Assembly: GCA_041494705.1 (NCBI GenBank)
Contig: JBGQBI010000006.1
Location: forward strand, 120,001 to 152,000
Origin: Candidatus Methanoperedens sp.
GTDB lineage: Archaea > Halobacteriota > Methanosarcinia > Methanosarcinales > Methanoperedenaceae
Reading direction: 5' to 3'
DNA length: 32,000 nucleotides
The position numbers and the translations under genes were made by a program. Below are positions 19,160 through 26,121 of the stretch, piece after piece. The notes beneath the pieces were generated by a model that worked only from the letters and a program-made list of their open reading frames with translations, had not been told where the DNA came from and searched no databases. Position 1 is the first letter of the stretch, and every line of letters starts with the position of its first letter.

Positions 19160-19393
19160 TATTAGTAATGACGCATAATTTTAGTTTAATGATATAATTT
19201 CAGTTCAATGATATAATATTATAAAAAATTACTAATATATACTTCTGAAAACAGTGTAACTCAAATAAATAGGGAATTGGTTGCAGTAGGATAGGCGGCA
19301 ATTGCCCACGTCTCAATTGATCCATATCAATATATAACAATCATGAACGGGTATTACAGTATTTATGTTCCACTATGTCATATACAAACTAAA

Positions 19394-19428
19394 ATCAGCA
19401 TCAATGTGATATGATGCTGATTTAAAGT
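19394..19428 (+). promoter_or_regulatory. perfect 10-bp inverted repeat abutting a TATA-like box upstream of the first octaheme cytochrome gene
   Basis: ATCAGCATCA (19394-19403), an 8-nt spacer, then TGATGCTGAT (19412-19421), running directly into TTTAAAGT (19421-19428). The ATG lies 85 nt downstream and is preceded by GGAG. Confidence 0.3.
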
Positions 19429-19512
19429 AAAACCTTAAAACACGGATATCACCATCCAGTGACAGTCCATGTTAAATGGCATAGTGGTAATAAGCGATAG
19501 GAGAAAAAAAAT

Positions 19513-21141
19513 ATGAGAAAAATTTACTTAGCAGCCGCTATCGTCTTTCTGGCGTTAGTAGGCTTAGCATGGGCGTTTACACCGCCACCGCCGCCGGTAC
19601 CTCAGAACCTTGGTTTATATGATACCGGGATAGACCATCTTCAGACCACTGCAATCGACCAGAGTGCATGTAGAGTCTGCCATCAAACATCAGGAACAAA
19701 TATTAGTGGCGGATACGCCAATACCGTTGGCGGAGTGCCAACAAGGCATCATAGCCTGTTGCCTGGAAATGTGAAAAATCCATTAACCGGTGCTACATTC
19801 GGTTGTACGGATTGTCATCCATCAACTCCAGGAGTAGGCAATGGAATATTGTTAGACAGAAGCTGTGTAGATTGCCATAATGGATCAACTTTCTGGGGCA
19901 ATTCGATTGGCGGACATGTAGGTAATTTCAGCAGACCTCATCATGTCAATACATCATATGCCAGTTCACATATTGGAAATCCTGCTGCAAACAGGACTTG
20001 CAAATTCTGTCACGGCAGTTTCGTGGCCAGCTACAACGATGGACATTATAAACCAGCATATGATACATCGTTCATGATAACGCCATTCGCCAGCTTTAAG
20101 GTTACCGACTTCTCCACACCTGATGGACTTGGCGGCAATAAGGTATGGGGCGGTTGTTATTCATGCCATCTTCCCAATCCTAATGCAACACCAAGTGTAA
20201 TTGACAGCAACCATGACACCCATCACAAGGAAATCTTGGGTCTTGGCAAATTTGGCGGTCAAACCGTATTCCAGAATGCATCCACTCCAGGTGCGGATTG
20301 TTTCTGGTGCCATGTAATTGCACCAGGCAGCACAAGCCCGTTGAGATTCAATATAACCAATCCATTTACTGGCGAGCTCATCGTCAAGGCGATGGAAGTC
20401 AGGAACTCAACTATTGAAGCAACAGATGTGTTTGAACCAGGGACGACTAATATCACCTTTAATGGTACAGGTTGCGAGAAATGCCACGATGTCAAGTCAA
20501 TCCATAACATCCAGTATAACTATGTCCAAAATGGTCCGGCTGGATTTGGCCATATAAACAACAATTCGGATTGTTCTGGCTGTCATGATTCATGGGTTCC
20601 AGCAACGGACTTTGTACCCGGCGCCCTTGTTCCATATGTGGATACGGTGAGCCCGTCAGCAATAGCAGTAAACACTGCTACGACTCTTACCATCACAGGT
20701 TTGAACTTCGTGAATGATCCATATACATCTGTAGTAACCGTAGATGGAACGACATATACGTCGTCATCCATAACAGATACGCAGATAGTAGTTGACATTC
20801 CGGCACTCAGCGCAGGTGCCCATGAACTGCAACTTGTGAAAGGCGGAGATACTCTCAGCAAACTGTATACATTGATTGTTGCACCAAATTCAAAGATAAC
20901 AACCGCGAAGTTGAGCAGTGGAGTAATAACCATAACCGGTTTGAACTTCGGAACTAAGCCTGCAACAAATGCACAGTATTACGTAAGCGTCAATCATGGA
21001 GGAAACCAAATCCGCTCTACCGCAATCAACAGCTGGAGCAGTACTCAGATAAAAGCAACGAATTCTGCTGCTGCAGTAGGCGATTGGGTAACAGTGATGA
21101 CTAAGGATGCTGGCGAAGTAAGGGCAGTAATAACCCGATAG
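19513..21141 (+). CDS. secreted octaheme c-type cytochrome with two C-terminal Ig-like (IPT/TIG-type) domains, paralog 1
   Basis: A 542-aa ORF with an N-terminal signal-like segment and exactly 8 CxxCH motifs (CRVCH, CTDCH, CVDCH, CKFCH, CYSCH, CFWCH, CEKCH, CSGCH). All 16 Cys residues are in these motifs. The heme-free region from about 20626 has ITITGLNF-type beta modules. There is no TM anchor. Confidence 0.9.
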   Translation: MRKIYLAAAIVFLALVGLAWAFTPPPPPVPQNLGLYDTGIDHLQTTAIDQSACRVCHQTSGTNISGGYANTVGGVPTRHHSLLPGNVKNPLTGATFGCTDCHPSTPGVGNGILLDRSCVDCHNGSTFWGNSIGGHVGNFSRPHHVNTSYASSHIGNPAANRTCKFCHGSFVASYNDGHYKPAYDTSFMITPFASFKVTDFSTPDGLGGNKVWGGCYSCHLPNPNATPSVIDSNHDTHHKEILGLGKFGGQTVFQNASTPGADCFWCHVIAPGSTSPLRFNITNPFTGELIVKAMEVRNSTIEATDVFEPGTTNITFNGTGCEKCHDVKSIHNIQYNYVQNGPAGFGHINNNSDCSGCHDSWVPATDFVPGALVPYVDTVSPSAIAVNTATTLTITGLNFVNDPYTSVVTVDGTTYTSSSITDTQIVVDIPALSAGAHELQLVKGGDTLSKLYTLIVAPNSKITTAKLSSGVITITGLNFGTKPATNAQYYVSVNHGGNQIRSTAINSWSSTQIKATNSAAAVGDWVTVMTKDAGEVRAVITR

Positions 21142-21159
21142 ACATAACAAAATGAATGA

Positions 21160-21197
21160 GAGAAGGGATTGAAAAGATCTCTTCTTTCAATTTTTTT
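21160..21197 (+). terminator. putative terminator: conserved 13-nt motif, weak AU-rich stem and T7 run
   Basis: GAGAAGGGATTGA starts 19 nt after the stop codon. ATTGAAAAGA/TCTTTCAAT can pair with one bulge, and TTTTTTT follows at 21191-21197. Confidence 0.35.
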
Positions 21198-21272
21198 AAA
21201 TTACATTCATAATTCATATTAAAGAAACGAAAAAAGTAAGAAAAAGGAATGATATAAGGAGGAGAGGCAAAC

Positions 21273-22757
21273 ATGAAACTAAAAGGAAAAATTCTGATAC
21301 CGATTTTTGCTCTGGCATATTTGGCATTATTAGCAATTGCTGCTATTCCGCCGCCACCGGTTAATCAAAATTTCGGTATTTACGATACGGTAATGATGAA
21401 TTATAATGAGACATTGTGCAGAGGTTGCCATAATTCTACATCCAGCCCCTTGGTGACCGGTGGAGTACCGACAAGGCATCATAACCTTGTTGCAACAGGT
21501 GCTATAAATCCATACACAAATCACCCATTTGTATGCACAGATTGCCATCCATCAACCCCAGGAAACGGAATGGGAATATTATTGGTCAGAAATTGTATGG
21601 AATGTCATAATGGAACAGCTTTCTGGGGCAATTACCAGGGTGCACATGTAAGCAATTTCACCAGGCCTCATCATAACACTACGCAGGCACAGATGAGAAA
21701 TTGCAAATTCTGTCATGGTGCCTCAGTGGATGATTATAATGACGGACATTATATACCTTCTTATCCTCCAAGCGAAGTGACACCCAGCGCATTGTACAAA
21801 GCCAGTAATCTCACATCTATGAGAGTATGGGGAGGTTGTTTAGCCTGCCACGCAGAGAATACATTAGCAACTCCACCGATTTACTATACTCACACAAATG
21901 GTTTTCCACCGGTGGCAGATGGCATGAATAATAGTCACCACAATGAGATAGTTGGAATAACTGGTGGTACGCCGATAGGAGATCAGTGCTTATGGTGCCA
22001 TGTCGATGTAGTAGATGTTCTTGGTATTAGAGGATGCGAAACGTGTCATAGTGTGAGGTCTATTCATAATGTTCAGTTCGACTTTGCAAATACCAGTACA
22101 TTACGTGGATATGGTCACATAGGATCAAATAATCCTTCAGATCCGGCAAACAATTCATGGGATTGCAAGGGGTGTCATGCATGGTATGATGCTGGTGATG
22201 TAAACCCATTCGCAGGAGCTATTGTTCCAGATGTTCAATTGGCAACTCCGGCTGTATTCAATTCCAATACCCCGACAGTTTTGACTCTGACTGGGATCAA
22301 CTTTGTACAGGCAAACTCTACAACCGTTGTAAATGTAGACGACACTACAAATCTAACTCCAACTACTTTGACAAATGGACAGATAACTGTCACAGTGAAT
22401 CTGCCAGCAGGCAACCATTATATCAAGGTTGTAAAAACCGATTCTGTAGAGAATGTACCTAAACCAAGCGATATCAAACCGCTGACAGTCGTAAGCAGAG
22501 TGACAATAACGTCTGCCACGCTGAGGTCTGGAGTCATAACTATCACAGGTTCAGGATTCGGAACTAAACCTGTAACGAATGCCCAGCAATACGTCACCAT
22601 TAAACATGCAGGAACCGTGTACTATTCCGATAGTATCAGCTCCTGGAGCAGTACTCAGATAAAAGCAAAGAAAACCTCAACCCCGGCGGCAGTAAGAGGC
22701 GACATAGTGACGGTGATAACAGCAAATAGCGGCGAAGCTTCGGCTACTATTACATAA
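21273..22757 (+). CDS. secreted octaheme c-type cytochrome with two C-terminal Ig-like (IPT/TIG-type) domains, paralog 2
   Basis: A 494-aa ORF with a GGAGG RBS, a signal-like N-terminus and 8 CxxCH motifs (CRGCH, CTDCH, CMECH, CKFCH, CLACH, CLWCH, CETCH, CKGCH). It is collinear with paralog 1 (GGVPTRHH, CTDCHPSTPG, FWGN, RPHH, YNDGHY, VWGGC). Confidence 0.9.
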   Translation: MKLKGKILIPIFALAYLALLAIAAIPPPPVNQNFGIYDTVMMNYNETLCRGCHNSTSSPLVTGGVPTRHHNLVATGAINPYTNHPFVCTDCHPSTPGNGMGILLVRNCMECHNGTAFWGNYQGAHVSNFTRPHHNTTQAQMRNCKFCHGASVDDYNDGHYIPSYPPSEVTPSALYKASNLTSMRVWGGCLACHAENTLATPPIYYTHTNGFPPVADGMNNSHHNEIVGITGGTPIGDQCLWCHVDVVDVLGIRGCETCHSVRSIHNVQFDFANTSTLRGYGHIGSNNPSDPANNSWDCKGCHAWYDAGDVNPFAGAIVPDVQLATPAVFNSNTPTVLTLTGINFVQANSTTVVNVDDTTNLTPTTLTNGQITVTVNLPAGNHYIKVVKTDSVENVPKPSDIKPLTVVSRVTITSATLRSGVITITGSGFGTKPVTNAQQYVTIKHAGTVYYSDSISSWSSTQIKAKKTSTPAAVRGDIVTVITANSGEASATIT

Positions 22758-22782
22758 GGTGATCAGCAAAACTATGGCTATG

Positions 22783-22827
22783 AGAAGGGATTGATTATTT
22801 AAATTAATTCCTTCTTATATTTTTTTT
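22783..22827 (+). terminator. putative terminator: hairpin plus T8 run
   Basis: AGAAGGGATT (22783-22792) pairs with AATTCCTTCT (22806-22815) with one G-U pair. TTTTTTTT follows at 22820-22827. It contains the same GAGAAGGGATTGA motif seen after paralog 1. Confidence 0.4.
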
Positions 22828-22882
22828 ATTTATTAATTTATAATGGATGTTTGAAAAATACAGATAGGATAGGCGATGAAAA

Positions 22883-24268
22883 ATGAATAAAAGACATATT
22901 ATATTATACTATTTAATGCCGATAACAGTAGGCCTGATACTGGTGGGTTTGGCATTTGCACTACCTCCTCCGGTAGATCAAAGAATGGGGGTCTATGATA
23001 CTTTATTCGGCAATCTGGTTGAGAGTAATTGCAGAGGGTGTCATGCATTGGGTGTACCTGATTCTCATCATAACCTCGTGCGAATAGGAGAATACGGTTG
23101 TACAGATTGTCACCCTGTGCTTCCAAATGGAAGCGGTATTACACTGATCAGGAATTGTCTGCAATGCCACGATAATACCTTTAATGGAATGGCTATTCGA
23201 AGACCGCATCATGAAACACAGGCTGCAACGGTCGGGCATTGTAATGCCTGCCATGGAAGTGTAGTAGATAATTATGACGATGGACACTATACACCAACCT
23301 CTCCGCCGTCCAGTATGGCACCTGATACAAAATTTAAAGTAATCAATCAAACAAGTGGCAGGAAATGGGGTGGTTGTGAGTCGTGCCATGAGGCGAATTC
23401 CACAGCGAGTCCTCCTACAGCCTATAATAATAAGACACATCACAGGTTAGGAAATTTGAGCGGATTCAGGAATAACGATATTACAAAATGTGCTATGTGC
23501 CATGATATGCATAATGCCACATACGGATCTGATTCTATAAGATATTGTGAACGATGTCATGGTTATAGTTCTCTACATAATATTCAGTGGGATATAACCA
23601 ATACAACCCAAATGTCAGGCTACGGTCATCTTGGACCCAATGATTGTCAGGGCTGTCATGCATCGTATGTAGCAGGCAGTTTAGCACCGGGAGCAGATCT
23701 TATTGTACCATCTATTGACCACCTTAGCACAAATCTGGTACTAATAGGTGAGGCAACGGAATTGACCATCGATGGAGATGATTTTGTGACAACAGTTGAT
23801 GGTATTAATCGTTCATCAGTTGTAGCCCTTACAAACGGAGTTATTACAAACGGAACAACTTCAACTAATATTACGATAACTCCGACTAATATAACCGCTT
23901 CTGAGATTGTTGTAACGATACCGCCACTGGATAAAGGGTTGTACGCAATATATGTTATAAAAGATGGAAATGTAGAAAGTAATAAAAGACCATTAGCAGC
24001 CGGGCCGGCAATGATCGTTACCTCTGCGATAATTAATTCTACGACAGTTGCGATCAATGGTTCAGGATTTGGAACATATGATCCTGCATATAATAATTGG
24101 ACAAATGTGACGATCAATATCAATAACGGAACTATATTCCGGTCTGTACAGGTGATAAATTGGTCAGAAACGTCTATTAATGTCACGAGTCCTGATGCAA
24201 TGACCGGGGATATAGCAACAGTCAATAGCATGTATGGTACCAATTCTACACAGGTCACAGGAGGATAG
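22883..24268 (+). CDS. secreted octaheme c-type cytochrome with two C-terminal Ig-like (IPT/TIG-type) domains, paralog 3
   Basis: A 461-aa ORF with 8 CxxCH motifs (CRGCH, CTDCH, CLQCH, CNACH, CESCH, CAMCH, CERCH, CQGCH). It has the most compact heme region, about 245 aa. The stop codon lies 5 nt before the protease ATG. Confidence 0.9.
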   Translation: MNKRHIILYYLMPITVGLILVGLAFALPPPVDQRMGVYDTLFGNLVESNCRGCHALGVPDSHHNLVRIGEYGCTDCHPVLPNGSGITLIRNCLQCHDNTFNGMAIRRPHHETQAATVGHCNACHGSVVDNYDDGHYTPTSPPSSMAPDTKFKVINQTSGRKWGGCESCHEANSTASPPTAYNNKTHHRLGNLSGFRNNDITKCAMCHDMHNATYGSDSIRYCERCHGYSSLHNIQWDITNTTQMSGYGHLGPNDCQGCHASYVAGSLAPGADLIVPSIDHLSTNLVLIGEATELTIDGDDFVTTVDGINRSSVVALTNGVITNGTTSTNITITPTNITASEIVVTIPPLDKGLYAIYVIKDGNVESNKRPLAAGPAMIVTSAIINSTTVAINGSGFGTYDPAYNNWTNVTININNGTIFRSVQVINWSETSINVTSPDAMTGDIATVNSMYGTNSTQVTGG

Positions 24269-24273
24269 ATGAT

Positions 24274-26121
24274 ATGAAAATACCACAAAAAGGTAAAGTG
24301 GTTCTGAATGTGGCTCTCTCAACCTGTGCTATTATCATTATTTTAAGCGGAATGGCACTTGCAGCAGATCGTGACGTTATAATCGGTTATCACAAATCCT
24401 CCGGAACCTCAGAAAAGGAATTGGTCGTCCAAAGTCATGGCGGTAAGATGAAAAAAGAGTTTCATCTGATAAATGCAGTCTCTGCCAGAATGCCTGAAGA
24501 TAAAATCGAAGAGATGAAAAAAGATATTAGAGTTGCATATATAGTAAATGACACTATTTTCAGGATGACAGATGAATATTCCAGTTCCTGGGGAGTCCAG
24601 TCTATCGGAAGTGAGCCTGTACATAACCAGAATATCAATGGAACCGGAGTAAAAATAGCGGTGCTTGATACGGGAATCGATTATAACCATCCGGACTTGG
24701 CTGGAAATTATAAAGGCGGATATGATTTTGTCAACGATGATCCGGATCCATGGGATGACAATTGCCTGTCATTTTTTAGAACATGTCACGGGACACATGT
24801 TTCTGGTATTATAGGTGCCCAACATAATGGCATTGGAGTCGTAGGAGTAGCGCCCGGGTCAAGTTTATATGCAGTCAAAGTATTGGACGGAGGCGGTTTT
24901 GGAACTGCCAGTTTAGTCGTATCCGGTATAGAATGGGCGAAAAACAATGGGATGAATATCATTTCCATGAGCCTGGAAAGTACTGAAAATAATACTGCGG
25001 TACTCGATGCGGTTAATGCCGCATATGATTCTGGTGTATTATTAGTTGCGGCGGGAGGAAATACCGGGGGAGGCCCTGTTTTATATCCTGCAGCATATGA
25101 TTCTGTTATTGCTGTGACTGCTATAGACCAGAATGGTCAGAGAGCAAGTTTCTCTCCAATAGATCAGAAGATTGAAGTTGCCGCTCCCGGGGTAAGAATA
25201 AATTCTACGATACAGGGAGGATATGGTTTTTTGAGCGGAACATCTATGGCGGCTCCACATGTGACAGGTGTAGCAGCTCTCATATTTTCAACAAATTTTC
25301 CTGATGTCAACGGTGATGGATTAAGGGATAATAAAGATGTCAGAGAAATAATCAGGAATACGGCATTCGATGCAGGAATTCCAGGTAAGGATGATATATA
25401 CGGATATGGTATAATAGATGCATCTAAAGCTCTTCTTGGAACTTCGGCATATGAAACTGCTGACTTATCGATTACTAAAGATGACGGTGTATCTAAGATC
25501 ATTGCAGGAGACGGGAATACCTATACTTATATTATAACTGTAAAGAACAACGGTCCTTCGGGTGCCTCAGGTGTACAAGTACTTGATACATGGCCGCCTG
25601 GATTCATCCGGGGAATTGTGACAACATCCCAGGGAACATGCGACATAGCAGTGAACTTTACCTGCGATCTGGGAACTATCCCGAAAGACGGAACGGCAAA
25701 TATCAATGTCAGTTACACAGTACCAAATACATCCATAGGAAACTACACAAATAGAGTTGAAGTAAAATCGACCAGTGCTGACAATAATGCGAGTAACAAT
25801 ATAGCTGAAGATAAAAATATAGTTGATATCATATTAAATCTCATCGTTAAGTCAGATTCGCCAGGTAAAAATGCGAAGCAAGTTTCTCTTTTAAAAGGAA
25901 ACTATTCAGTAACCATAACTAATAGCAACCTAGAAAAAATTAGTATGAATGTTTATGAAAATGGTGTCCTTAGAAAGGATATATCCTCCAAATATGAACT
26001 TAAAAAAAACCAGGTTGTAAATTTTAATATTAATATTGAATCCCCGCAACTTGATTTTATTTTTATCCCATATGGAGATAAAAGATCAACGGGAACAGTA
26101 GCGATCAGGAGGTCATCATGA
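24274..26121 (+). CDS. secreted subtilisin-like serine protease (peptidase S8) with I9-type propeptide and C-terminal DUF11-like and beta-rich domains
   Basis: A 615-aa ORF with a signal-like N-terminus and a propeptide-like region (VIIGYHK...AYIVNDTIF). Catalytic motifs are VAVLDTGID (Asp), CHGTHVSGII (His) and SGTSMAAPHVTG (Ser). A DUF11-like module follows (ADLSITKDDG...TYTYIITVKNNGPSGASGV). A GGAGG RBS is present. Confidence 0.9.
   Translation: MKIPQKGKVVLNVALSTCAIIIILSGMALAADRDVIIGYHKSSGTSEKELVVQSHGGKMKKEFHLINAVSARMPEDKIEEMKKDIRVAYIVNDTIFRMTDEYSSSWGVQSIGSEPVHNQNINGTGVKIAVLDTGIDYNHPDLAGNYKGGYDFVNDDPDPWDDNCLSFFRTCHGTHVSGIIGAQHNGIGVVGVAPGSSLYAVKVLDGGGFGTASLVVSGIEWAKNNGMNIISMSLESTENNTAVLDAVNAAYDSGVLLVAAGGNTGGGPVLYPAAYDSVIAVTAIDQNGQRASFSPIDQKIEVAAPGVRINSTIQGGYGFLSGTSMAAPHVTGVAALIFSTNFPDVNGDGLRDNKDVREIIRNTAFDAGIPGKDDIYGYGIIDASKALLGTSAYETADLSITKDDGVSKIIAGDGNTYTYIITVKNNGPSGASGVQVLDTWPPGFIRGIVTTSQGTCDIAVNFTCDLGTIPKDGTANINVSYTVPNTSIGNYTNRVEVKSTSADNNASNNIAEDKNIVDIILNLIVKSDSPGKNAKQVSLLKGNYSVTITNSNLEKISMNVYENGVLRKDISSKYELKKNQVVNFNINIESPQLDFIFIPYGDKRSTGTVAIRRSS

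Noticed and set aside
19287-19297. The 11-mer TAGGATAGGCG shared upstream of paralog 1 (19287-19297) and paralog 3 (22865-22875), as a regulatory motif.
   Set aside because: There are only two occurrences, at very different distances from the start codons (about 215 nt versus 8 nt), and it is absent upstream of paralog 2. This is probably coincidence.
23656-24288. A 210-aa minus-strand ORF. Other long antisense ORFs belong to the same class (1730..2287, 2516..2941, 4428..4910, 6132..6629, 12344..12754, 23003..23443, 27510..27965).
   Set aside because: Each lies entirely inside a strongly supported gene on the opposite strand or in another frame. They have low-complexity or Arg/Ser/Cys-skewed translations and no start context.
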